Assembly (NCBI GenBank): GCA_951406725.2 | Contig: OX597822.1 | Coordinates: 72,788,001-72,852,000 of the forward strand | Direction: 5' to 3' | Length of the DNA stretch: 64,000 nucleotides | From: Octopus vulgaris | Lineage: Eukaryota | In this document: positions 41,831 through 55,020 of the stretch, piece after piece | Layout of the letters: each line of letters begins with the position of its first letter | How positions within the stretch are numbered: the first letter of the stretch is position 1 | Notes under the pieces: generated by a model | The model's database searches: none | Seen by the model: the letters and a program-made list of their open reading frames with translations, nothing else | Told to the model about the DNA's origin: nothing | Position numbers and translations under genes: made by a program

Positions 41831-43339
41831 AGTTCATCAGCCTGAAAATAATTATAAATAACGTCTGCAGACATTTTTAAGTAATAAGAAAATTTAAAAA
41901 AGTCTTGCTCGTGTCATTTTGCTAAATGAAGGCGGAATATATTCGTGTATATCCTTTCCTTAACCATATCAGGCACCCAATCTCTAACGTAATATAACTT
42001 CTTAAAACAATCCAACATAAGTTTTATTTATTTCTTTTTACTATAATGCCACTTGTCTTCTCAGATCATTGCAGTTCTCATAAAAAGTTATGTATATTTA
42101 GTGTCCTCAACACTGTGCAGTTTGTCCCTATAGTATTGTTAATCACACTACATTATCTTTCCTGATATTCTAGACTATCGAAAGTTAATTGGATTTCTCT
42201 AAGTGACTGATTTACAATATATTTCTTTGAGTACCATTTAAGTCTCAGGTAATGAAACTAGAATAGGTATCAATAAAATGGTATATCTGTAATTTGGCAT
42301 AACTTACAGTATATATCACAGTTTTGTTTCCGTTCTTTTAAATATTTTGATTTACTTTTTCGTTACATGAATAAGATAATAATTGAGCTCTGCTACCATG
42401 ATAACTCTTATAAATAGACGGAATTGAATAGTGGCGGTTCTTCATAATTTTTGACCTTACAATGTTCCCAAACATAAAGTTAAACTTTACATTTCTTCAT
42501 ATTTTTTTAACGTTCCACCATATATCAAATAGAACATGTTCTATATTTGTATATATATAATTTTCTTGCCATCTACTGTGTTTCCATTTAAATCAATCTG
42601 TTGTTTCGTGTACAACTGCCATGGTTGCTTTTACTTTCTAGTGTTACATGTATCGCTGTTGCTGTCACCGATATTGCAGCAGCAGTCGTGAAATTACAAA
42701 TATCCCAGATCACAAGGTATTGCATGATAACACATACGACTGCTTTGCCTTTGTAATACCAATCCAAAATATATAAATAAATGAAAATAAATTAAAATAA
42801 AAATACAATTTTTACTCCCATGGAAAGTGAGCTATATTTTAACTGTTTTGCTTACAATGACATTTTGTATAACATTTGCCATGAATGCCGTATTTTTTAG
42901 ATTTCTTTGATTTCGTGACCAGATTCATATCCGTTATGATATTCTTTACGGCTTTTGTCTTACTTCCCATAATGATTGAAATTCTTCGCTTGGCTATTTG
43001 CATAGAAACATATTAGACTTAAAAGTTATCTCCACATGTTATCTACAAAAGTTATCTACAGGACACTCATACAATTTTGTACATACATGCATACGTACAT
43101 ACTTGTACCACCTTTCCTTCACAGCCTGTCGCTGACCGGTTATGCTAACACGCCTCCGACAATAGAAAGCAGTCTCCATATTCCTGTCTATATCTGCTAA
43201 CGCTTATGAGCGTAAGGTTATATAATCGGATTGTTACCTAACACTTCATTGTATTCTTTCCATCAAACCGACTGGTGAGACCAGCCGTGATGGATATTTA
43301 ACACTATACCTTTCGGATAATATATATATATATATATTT

Positions 43340-43560
43340 TTTTTTTACTTGTTTCAGTCATTTGACTGCGGCCATGCTGGAGCACCGCCTTTAGAGTGGT
43401 GAAAGAGTACAGCAGGGATCACCACCTCCTGCCGGAGCCTCGTGGAGCTTTTAGGTGTTTTTTTCGCTCAATAAACACACACAACGCCCGGTCTGGGAAT
43501 CGAAACCGCGATCCTCCGACCGCAAGTCCGCTGCCCTAACCACTAGGCCATTGCGCCTCC
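43340..43560 (-). mobile_element. SINE, family D head with family A tail
   Basis: D head 43394-43560 joined to GGCGGTGCTCCAGCATGGCCGCAGTCAAATGACTGAAAC tail. Confidence 0.8.
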
Positions 43561-44602
43561 AATATATATATATTTCGGATAATACACACACACTTGCGTC
43601 ATATAGGCTCAACTCGCTACCTCTCTTCATATGACACCAACCCCACACGGAGTCCCTCACACTTGCCACATCCAAATGGCCCCCCTCCACTTATACACCT
43701 GTATACCGCCTACCTCGGTACCCTCGCCACACACACAACACTATACAAACACCCATACACAACGATCAGCCCATTACTCACTTCACACACCAATACACCC
43801 TCTACGAACACGTCCCCACACACACTACCACCGAACACGTCTCACCACCCACACCACATGCCATTATCAACACACTCATGCACAATCTTCAGTAGCGATG
43901 TTTTATTTTTATGTTTACATGATATGATCACATCAGAGTTCCTATTTATCGCGACTTCCCTGGATGTAATGATTTCCAAGGTTTCTTCTAGGCATAAGTT
44001 GCATACACGTGATGTTCCGTTGTATGGTCCATATATACATGCCAACAACAGATACCTAATCTTAGCTACAAGGGTAGAACAACAGATGTCTAGTCTTTAT
44101 TGCAAGGTCTTCATTTTCTATCCAATGTTTTTTTCCACCAATATTTACACAAAACGTAATTTATTTTGTTTGAATCACGTTAGTCATAAATGATTTATGT
44201 TTACGAATTTTTCTTCCCAACTCCTTTTCTTGTCTTACTACGAGTCTTACCACGATGTCTCCTATGCATGTTATAACTTTCCTAATCTGTTCCAGTTAAG
44301 CATTTCCCCATTATGCCTCCTCTATTTGTCACGTCTCTGTTCTATTACAAAATATCTAATAAGGTTAATGTCCATGAGCGGGCTGGTTAGCAAATGGTGA
44401 AAGCGAAATAGATAGCGACAAAGGCAAATTAGGTAGTGAGAACGAAAGCAAAAAACAAAACAAAAAAGAAAAGGCTACAAATGGATGATAAACGTGTCTG
44501 ATAAAGATATTCCTCATAGATATTTATCATAAACAAAACTTTAAGTGTTTAATAATGTTAGGTGCGTGATAACGTTCATACATACATACATACATACATA
44601 CA

Positions 44603-44688
<86 letters not shown>

Positions 44689-45758
44689 CATACATGTAGG
44701 TTTGTATGTAATCGGACCTTAATATGTTTTGATTTACATATACGTATCTGCAGAAGTGCATGTATGTATATATTTGTGTACAACGTGCAATTAAATTGCA
44801 TATTGTGGTAATAGGAAGAGCATTAATGGAGCTTTCCGAACTTTTTCAAGAATAAATTGGTGTCTTAAATTTACATTTAACATTTAAGCCAACTGGAATA
44901 AAAACTAACTATAATAAAGTAAGCATGACGGATCTACGTGTTGTGTCTGAGTTTCTACATAATGATTGAATAATTATAAAGCATTAGGTTACGCTACTCA
45001 GCTAGGGTTAAAGTCCGATAATGTGAGTTGAACTATATTTCTGACAACGTACACCATTTTCTTTCTCTGTAAGCCTATATGATGTGTCATGTATAATGTA
45101 TAATGTATCATATTGTATTCAATGCTAACTATATATAATAAGAATCTTCATTAAAATAGCAGCTACACAATGCCATTTATAATTTAGAGAAATGACATAA
45201 GCGTCTGAATAGAGTTGAATACTGATATATGTTTTAGAAAATTAAATTGTATCTCCAGTAAAACTCAGCCTGGTTCATTTTAAAGACAGAACTGAAGACG
45301 TGGTTGAATATCGATGAGTGATTAGGTCCAGCTTTCCTTTGTTACTTCAGCATCGTCTCTCAATGAACGTCCCTATAGTATTCGTTTTTACACACATAGA
45401 TCACTGTATAGAACATGGTTGTTTGTGTGTAAAACGTTTTCCTCACAAATAGTTAAGTCCATGTGCAATTCTTTTGCACTGCATAATCGCAAACATTTTC
45501 TACTGCAGTTTACTATACGCGCACGCACTGACGCACATACATATGTTAGTATAGCAGGGTTCCCCATATTATTTTCGTGTTATCGTCATATCACAAGGCT
45601 GATCATGTTAAACAGCTGAGGAACTTTGTGTCAAAGATATTCTGGTATTCATTGTGAAGAAAAGAAAAGAAAACGTAAAATTTGAAGAAATTTATTAAAC
45701 CATTTGACTAATTACGTTGCACATATACCGATAGGTAAAGTCGGTCTATTTCATATAC

Positions 45759-45819
<61 letters not shown>

Positions 45820-45821
<2 letters not shown>

Positions 45822-45980
45822 CGACGGGCTTCTTTCAATTTCCGTCTACCAAATACATTCACAAGGCTTTGGTCGGCCCGAGGCTATTGTGGAAGACACT
45901 TACCCAAGATGCCACGCAGTGGGACTGAGCCCAGAACCATGTGGTTGGTAAGCTAGCTACTTACCACACAGCTACTCCTA
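45820..45980 (-). mobile_element. SINE family A, 5' half
   Basis: Reverse complement of family A head. Confidence 0.75.
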
Positions 45981-45994
45981 CTCCTATACTATGC

Positions 45995-46085
<91 letters not shown>

Positions 46086-46088
<3 letters not shown>

Positions 46089-46284
46089 GGTCCCGGGTTG
46101 ATTCGGGGTTAACCACAGTAAATAAGGTACTCAATACATAGTAGAGTAAAATTAATTTATTATATAGAAGGAGCTTCTACAGGACTAGAACTGTTTCATT
46201 CAAGAGAAATCTTCAGGAGCTTCCTGAAGATTTCTCTTGAATGAAACAGTTCTAGTCCTGTAGAAGCTCCTTCTATATAATAAA

Positions 46285-46289
<5 letters not shown>
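46086..46289. repeat. Perfect 68-bp inverted repeat (46151-46218 / 46222-46289, loop GCT) in a probable PLE end
   Basis: Arms are exact reverse complements; each carries CTGAAGA-TTTCTCTTGAAT-GAAAC; flanked by (TA)n. Confidence 0.85.
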
Positions 46290-46319
<30 letters not shown>

Positions 46320-46729
46320 AAAAAATGAAGTTCGAAAATGCTGCTGTATTATACAATTTTTAATTTTTATATATACATTATAACATGTTTCAGTTCCTGA
46401 AATGAACCTTATCAAAAAATGTTATATATAAAAAGAGACAGCTCATGCCGTCAAACACAAGAAATTCATTTATAATACACAACGGAGTCAGACATCTTAG
46501 AGTTCATGTATAGTTGATATATAGTTCATGTATAGTTGATATATAGTTTGAAGTATATGTTCAAAGTGTTCGATGCAGTGGCCCACGGTGGCGATACGTA
46601 TTCAATACAAAAAACAGATCACAGTGGTGGAAAGCGGTCAATACAGAAGATTGATGTTTCCGAAAGAGCGAGGAATTCATTTTTACCTTAAGCAATTGTG
46701 ATGACCCATGGTGGAAGTTCGCTGGGTGG

Positions 46730-46784
<55 letters not shown>

Positions 46785-47131
46785 CATACATATATAACTT
46801 TGGTATATATATAAATATACGAAAGAGGCGCGCGACTGAGTTAGGGGCAAAATTACTTCTGCCTTTATAGTACGTAAAGAAAACGTTGTTGTAGGTATGT
46901 ACGTAGCACATGTATTACAGCAGTACTGAAACTGAAAGGCAGGTGCGAATTATGCCTACCTAATCTACAAAAAAAACTATGATATTTTGCATTTTATGGA
47001 TACTAATCAGAGTAACCTTCATAATCTTATTGAATTAGGTGCATAATTTGTCATAACAGGAAAATTTATTTTATTCAGGATAGGCAATGCTTATTTTGCC
47101 TACCCAGACGGCACCTCCCTGATACATGCAT

Positions 47132-47281
<150 letters not shown>

Positions 47282-48159
47282 CGTAAGATATATTTAAATA
47301 TATATCACCCTAAAATTTTGCTTCTGTAGACTCAGAGAAGATACTATCTTTATGCATACATATACTTATGCATATATATATATACATATCTATTTCTTTA
47401 CTTATATATATATATATATATACATATCATTCTCTCTCCCCCTCAATCTATATATGTGTGTGTGTGTACATATCACTCTCTCCCTCTTTCTGTAAATATA
47501 TATATACATAGGTATATGTGTATATGAATATTTTAATTTTACATAAATTTAAGGAAATATTCATGAAACAATTATTTGTAAAACACTTATGTGTATTACT
47601 CGAGTTCATTCTGTTGTTTCTCTCTAAGATTACATACGTACTTACAAATATAGACATATATCTGTGTGTGTGCGTGTGTGTAAGTTATATATACATAAAT
47701 CTAGATATATAGATGTATATGTATGTATGTATAGACATATATGTATTCGTATGCATAAGATTTTGAACATTTATATTCATATATGGACAAAAAAGAAAGC
47801 GTCACTTTACATACGCTTATCGTTCTACGCATACATATTTTAAAACGTGAACATACATATAGGTTCAAAAAATAAGAACAACGGTAGAACACATAATATC
47901 AAAGGCAACCAGCAGCAAATATATTATATACTATAAATAAATTATATATTTTAATATAGATTTAATCGGTGATTTTAGATTTTTTAATTCTTTAGGTTTA
48001 AAATTGCACTGGGAAGTTAGTGTTATTAAGATTAGCGTTCAAATAACTTTCTATATGTCTCTATCTGATCGTCTGTCTTCTTTAATATGAATTCCAATCT
48101 TACTGATTAGCCATCTCCGTTTCATGCTATTTATTTACCATGTTATAAATAGGCAAGAT

Positions 48160-48472
<313 letters not shown>

Positions 48473-48713
48473 GATGGATGGATCGTTCGAACTGTCTGTC
48501 TTTATGTCTGCTTAATCTTTCTGTCTATCTGTTTATCCGTCTGTCTGTCTATGTGGCTGACTGACTGTGTGTTTGTCCGTCCGTCGTCGTCGTCGTTTCT
48601 CTCTCTATCGAATTATCTCTCTTTATATCTATCAATCTATCTGTCTGTTTGTCTGTCTAACAATCAATCTAACTGACTGTCTGTTCATGTAGATACATAC
48701 ATCCACACATAAA

Positions 48714-48770
<57 letters not shown>

Positions 48771-49189
48771 GGAAAGAGAGAAAGAGAGAGCCAGACAGAT
48801 AGGCAGTATTAGACAGACAGTCAGAGCGACGAAGTGACAGACAGTGAGATAGACAATTCTTTTATATAAATATACACACACACATGTATATGCAAGTAGG
48901 GATAAATACCTGAATATATGTATATAGATGTGCGTGTGTGTGTGCGCGCGAGTGTGTGTAGCGTGTGGGAAAGAAAGGGTGAGACAGAGATAGAGAAAGA
49001 ACAGCAAGGTCGTGATCAAAAATTTTCAGAGACACAGATGTGCTCTCATTACTAACGAAATGTCTATGGCCAATTATATGGATAATTTCAGACATTGAAG
49101 ATGACCCGATGTATTAAACTTTAATTAATATAATTAGATTGATATTCAACCCCAGGCGTTAGCGCAACTTTCAGTTTTGAAGACAATTC

Positions 49190-49490
49190 TGTGGCTGTGT
49201 GGTAAGTTGCTTGATTACCAACCACATGGTCCCGGGTTCAGTCCCACTGCGTGGCATCTTGGGCAAGTGTCTATTAAAGACTCGAGCCGACCAAAGCCTT
49301 GTGAGTGGATTTGCTTAACAACCGATGCTGGTGTGTTTATGTCCCCGTCACTTAACGGTCCGGCAATAAAGAACGACAGCATAAGTACTGGGCTTACAAA
49401 GAATAAGTCCCGGGGTCGATATGCTCGACTAAAGACAATGCTCCAGCATGACCGTAGTCAAATGACTGAAACAAGTAAAACAGTAAAGAG
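49190..49490 (+). mobile_element. SINE family A with internal deletion
   Basis: TGGCTGTGTGGTAAG A box, GGTTCAGTCCC B box, CTCCAGCATGACCGTAGTCAAATGACTGAAAC tail. Confidence 0.8.
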
Positions 49491-49850
49491 TATATGTATT
49501 TTGCGTTTGACTTTACTCATACCAAGCATCATAGATATATGTTTAGCTGATCTATAGTTTATAGACAGGCGTCTTGTATGCTGTATTTACTTATGATACG
49601 AAAGTGCGTGGAAAATAAAGTAATAACTACATATATAAGCATGTAATCAAATATGTAAATACTGTTTTTTCTCTATCTGCGTCTCACCCTTTCTTTGCCA
49701 GACGCCATGCACATACACGCACACACAGTTCTATCGTAGACTCAATAAGCAGTTTTAGCAATTATAATCACTTAAGATTTCTGTGCTCCTCGTTTTCACA
49801 TGCTCACACATTTATGCCTACGTAGCACTGTACAGACACACGAATATGTT

Positions 49851-49904
<54 letters not shown>

Positions 49905-50099
49905 TGCGTGTGTATGTGTGTGTGTCTAAATATGTATGTATGTATATTGGAAAATGTGTGCGGTCCTTGGTACAGTTAGGTATATTTGAAAAAGGAAAAG
50001 AATGACTTCATTTGTAGTTCTAATCAATTTAATTTTTTAAGACGATAATTTTACAGTTTGGTTTGTAAATCTAGCAATTTCTTTGTTACCTTTGGTCGT

Positions 50100-50610
50100 G
50101 AGATATTTTAAAGAATCGTTGTTAAATTTTCTGGAGAACTTTCTCGCATTCATCGGTGGCTGCTTTCAAACTGATCGCTGTGTGATTCTATATCTGTGAG
50201 ATTTGGGTGTGTTTATAATCGGGTTGGGGTTTGCGATAAGTTTGGGTGCGAAGGAGCGTTGATGAACAAGAGCTGAAAGAGAATAGTGAATGCTGAAAAT
50301 AAGATAACTGATTTAGAGTGGAATTGGGAGGTGGCGAGGTGTTTAAGGAGTGTTTTACAAAGGACTTATGAAAGTGTCCTCCTGTTGGTTCCATTTCAAT
50401 ATTTGACCAACGGGGAAAAATATAATGGTCAGATGTTCTTCATATTCTCTTATGGCTGATCAAATATCTCAATTTCTTAAAGAGAAACTTCGTATATTTT
50501 CTATGTTAACGATGAGTGTCTGGGGAGAGCGGGTTAATGAGGTATACGATAATTGTCTTTTGATAAACAGAGGATGATAGCAGAGAGAAAGAAATAAGGT
50601 TAGTTTTGGA
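50100..50610 (-). pseudogene. Decayed LINE ORF2 fragment (endonuclease-RT linker)
   Basis: Minus strand SDH, FSFSSCS..., AATDECEKVL-like stretches with many stops. Confidence 0.3.
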
Positions 50611-50758
50611 ATGTTTGCTGAAGGAAAAGTATTTATTATATATGTTTGGGAGGGAAGGTGGGGAGATCATGCTAGTTCATATATTTACCTCCCTACATAT
50701 AAACACACAAAAGTATACATACATACATATATATATACATATATATACAGACACACAC

Positions 50759-50798
<40 letters not shown>

Positions 50799-50948
50799 GT
50801 ATACATACAAACACATGTATACATATACATATGTATATATACTACACACACATGCATATATACACATATGCATACCCCCCCTATATATATATACATATAT
50901 ATATATACATACATATACACACACATATATATATATACGCATAGAAAC

Positions 50949-50982
<34 letters not shown>

Positions 50983-51349
50983 CTGTGTGTGTGTATACAC
51001 ATACATATATTTTTTTTTCTAGTCCATGCGTACCCATTTATTTGCACATGCATTTACACCTGTATATTTATATATACCTACATACGCATGCGTACACTAC
51101 TCAAGTAATTAAGTTGGGAGGAAGATTAGTGAAATGGTAGTGTACCTCCGAGGGTTGTTCTCTTGCACGATCGAATCATTGAAAGTGTGGGTATCATCCA
51201 CTTCTATTTTTATACATGCATCATTTTTGGAAACAAAGAGAGAATCACGTTATTGGTGGGTTGAATATCATTTTTTCATTTATCCACTCATAGTATATAG
51301 ATGTATGTATGTATGTATGTATGTATGTATGTATGTATGTATGTATGTA

Positions 51350-51394
<45 letters not shown>

Positions 51395-51459
51395 AGTTAA
51401 ACGCAGGTGTTATTCAAATTCTTTTATTTCCGAATGAAAAGTGAAAAGGACACATATAC

Positions 51460-51560
<101 letters not shown>

Positions 51561-51596
51561 ATAATTATATATATATATATATATACACATATATAA

Positions 51597-51683
<87 letters not shown>

Positions 51684-52486
51684 CTATTCTATTTGGGATT
51701 ATATAAATTCCTTCTCCGCGGAAGGAGCTTGTTTCTTACAAATATACAACGGTCACTCCATCATTGGAATCTATATAATAAAACCAATTTCACATTTTGA
51801 ACCTGTGAAAAGTTTCGCATATTTTTACCATTCCAACACTGTGAACGTATTCTCTAAATTAGATCACGAAATGAGATGTCACTATTAGCATGTGTCTTGT
51901 ATAGTTGGGAAACCAAATAATGGGCTGCATTACTTTTTAAAAGACGTGGAATGTTGTACAAGGAACATTACACCCCGAGGCACTGTACGGGAATCACCTC
52001 TATCGGCCCCCTTAAACATTCTCACACTCATACACTGAGTCATTCTCCCCAGCTACAATGACTATAGGAAAGCATCACAGACTAACGATCAAGAACCGTG
52101 ATTATAACTCAAATTTACAGCAAGACCTAAGCCTGTTATCGGGTTTAGGTCTGACTGAAAGAAAACAAGAAAATAAGACGCAAAAGCCTACGTCACGACT
52201 AGAAGCATTACGGATGACAGACATATCTGACTATCTTATTCAGCCAAAAACGAAGCGTACAAAGAGGTCTGTGGAAATGAAAAGTTAATTCAAAGTAACA
52301 TAATGACGATGTTTCAGCACGACCACAGCCGATAGGGAGTAAAGGAGAATGTGTGTGTGTGCGTGCGTGTGTGTATATGTGTGTAAGTTTGTAGGTAAGT
52401 ACATGCATTTACACATACATAAATACATAAATATATACAAACATTTATATACATAGGTACATATATACAAACATAGATATATATAC

Positions 52487-52612
52487 GAGGGTGAGTCAAA
52501 AAGTCATGCCACTCTGTTTAGGACAGGTATAATTACCAACATAGGAACATATATCATACATCAAAATTAAGTTAGTCCTCTGTGGATCAGATCCCTACTC
52601 TTCAACATAACC
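52487..52612 (+). mobile_element. Probable Tc1/mariner terminal fragment
   Basis: TA|CGAGGGTGAGTCAAA start resembles mariner TIR ends; no partner TIR found. Confidence 0.4.
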
Positions 52613-52625
52613 ATATATATATATG

Positions 52626-52838
52626 AGGCGGCGAGCTAGTAGACACGTTAGCGTGCCGGGCGAATTGCTTACCGGTATTTCGTCTGAGTTCAAATTCCGC
52701 CGAGGTCGACTTTGCCTTTAATCCTTTCGGGGGCAATAAATTATGTACCAGTTTCGCACTGGGGTCGATGTAATCGATTTAATCCCTTTGTCTGTCCTTG
52801 TTTTCCCCACTATGTTTAGCCCCTTGTGAGCAATAAAG

Positions 52839-52842
<4 letters not shown>
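52626..52842 (+). mobile_element. SINE family B monomer
   Basis: GGCGGCGAGCT..GTTAGC head, GAGTTCAAATTCC B box, GCCTTT.ATCCTTTCGGGG core. Confidence 0.8.
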
Positions 52843-52886
<44 letters not shown>

Positions 52887-53279
52887 TGCTCACTAAGGAC
52901 ATGAAGCCATTTTCAGATTTAAACTTACAGCCTAAAGCAATTTAGTTATTTCTCTTATTTATCGAATCGCTTCCCCACCCCACTTTTTGTAACTATAATT
53001 TATATTTATTTTTAACATTCAATTATTTAAAGTGACTACAGCAACAGTTTAGAACTTTAGTAATCGATTCAGTAATGCAAATACATTAAAATAAAAACCA
53101 ACACCGAATTCAATAAACGATGTAATTCTTAAATGACAATGAGTTACATTTTAGCATTTAAATCGGGACCCATTTTTTCTGAAATAATTCATTTTTTAAA
53201 AAATTTTCGCTTCAACCATCACATCCTCTACTTTTTACATTTCTTAAAATTCAACTATTACTTGAGGCTGGATGAAGCG

Positions 53280-53680
53280 AAAGGCTGGCACGAACGTTGT
53301 ATGGCGGACAAATTGGTTAGTGGTCGCTACGTTCCGAGTTCAAATTCCGTCGAGGCCGACTCTGCCTTTCATCCTTTTGGGGTTGATTAAATAAGTACCA
53401 GTCAAATACTGGAGCCGGTGAAATTTGCTAATCCCCTCCCCTAACACTGAAGATCTGGTGCAGAAATTAGAAAGAATTATTGCTTGAGGATAAAAGTTGT
53501 CGACTTGGCAGAATGGCTAGCACGCTAGAAAAACCGTTTTGCGCCATTTCTTTCGATTCTATGTTCTGAGTTCCAATTCCATCGAAGTCGGTTTCGCATT
53601 TCATCCTTTCGGGGTCAATAAAATATGTAGCAGTTGCCTGTTGAGATTGGTGTAATTGACATGTGTTCCCACTAAAAAGT
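53280..53680 (+). mobile_element. Two SINE family B copies in tandem
   Basis: B box and TTTCATCCTTT core twice. Confidence 0.7.
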
Positions 53681-53693
53681 ATACTACATAGTG

Positions 53694-54005
53694 CCAAAGT
53701 TCCCAGCAATGCCATCACGCTACAGGACCAGTTACTGCAACAGCCTGGGTTTCAAGGGCCCACAGCTTTTTAATATTCTTCCAGGAATTGCACAAAGTAG
53801 ATGTAGGGGTTTTTAAATCAAAGCTGGACCTCTTCCTTTCGAGAGTCCCAGATGAACCTACCTCAAGGCAAGAGGTGCAAATGAGGGTTGCTACGTCAAA
53901 CTCCATGCTTCACCAAGTGCCACATATTAGAGGAGGCTCTTAGTAATAACAGTATAGCAAAACGGCGGTGCATCAGCATGGCCGTAGCTCTGAGCTGAAA
54001 CTAGA
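53694..54005 (+). mobile_element. CR1/L2-group LINE 3' end
   Basis: SYCNSLGFKGPQLFNILP / FKSKLDLFLSRVPDEP..RVATSNSMLHQ C-terminal motifs; 3' tail GGCGGTGCATCAGCATGGCCGTAGCTCTGAGCTGAAAC. Confidence 0.75.
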
Positions 54006-54743
54006 GAGAAAAAATATATATATATCGGAAAGAAATAATGTGATTATATATATATATATATATATATGTATGTCGACCATCCAGTGTCAGTCGGCGTTGT
54101 CCCTACCACCTAAAAATCGCTGTGTGACAAAATTAAGAACAATTGTTAAGCTTCTAATCAGCCCTGATAAAAAATGGTCTCTGTTCAAAGTAATTTTATC
54201 TACAGAAATCTTGTTATTCTTGTTAGAGAGTGTACAATAGACTTACGTTTACGTGTTTATTTTGCAAGATTCCTGATGTGACATCGGGTTTGAATGTTTA
54301 GTCCATTTCTAAGCGGGAAAGGAGGAAACAGGTGGAATGGAGAATCGCTGAAGAGGTCATGGGAAATGTGACGAAATATTTCCAGACATAGGACATAAAA
54401 TAAGAACAACAATAAAATAAAGAACGAATTTGTAGTGTGTCTGCTTATTTGTAAAAAATAAAAAATAAAATGACCGTCCCAAAATATAGCAAAAAACAGA
54501 CGATGTTATCGAATCTACAACTAAAGAATCGACAAATAGTGTACATTTCCTCTCCCTGTAGGTGTCTCATTATCTTATACGTAAAAACGCATTCCCTCAT
54601 AGGGATTCCTTGATAAACTAATGATAATATATGTGAAATCTGAATGTACCATATCCTGTCAGAAAATTTACAACCATCTCATTATTTCAACGACTAGCAT
54701 CCATTTCGCTCTGTCATCGACTCAGTACTCTTATTCATCTACT

Positions 54744-55020
54744 GAGCAATATGGCTTAGTGTTTAAGAGTGCGGGCTACTAACCCCAAGATTCCGAGTTG
54801 GATTCCAGGCAGTGACCCGAATAACAACAATAACAACAACATCGAAAAATACCTTAGGAATGAGAACCCAGGTTCGAAATTTCCCCAAGACACCTGATGA
54901 AGGCTGGAAGGTATATCAGCCGAAACGTTGTGTTAACAACAAACAAGATGAGGACAAATATCCGTCAAATGTAAATAATGTAAATAATGTAAATAATTCC
55001 TTATCTCTTAAATATAGAAC
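54744..55020 (+). mobile_element. tRNA-headed SINE-like element carrying a hammerhead ribozyme and PLE-like tail
   Basis: A box TGGCTTAGTGT (54752), anticodon-arm-like GGG-CTACTAA-CCC, B box GAGTTGGATTCC (54795), HHR, tail shared with 4881-5018. Confidence 0.75.
54889..54934 (+). ncRNA. Minimal type I hammerhead ribozyme, canonical core
   Basis: GACAC-CTGATGA-A-GGCTG(10-nt loop)CAGCC-GAAA-CG-TT-GTGTT; palindromic AACGTT stem III. Confidence 0.85.

Noticed and set aside
43594-44193. 199-aa ORF
   Set aside because: C/A-rich low-complexity sequence with no recognisable motif
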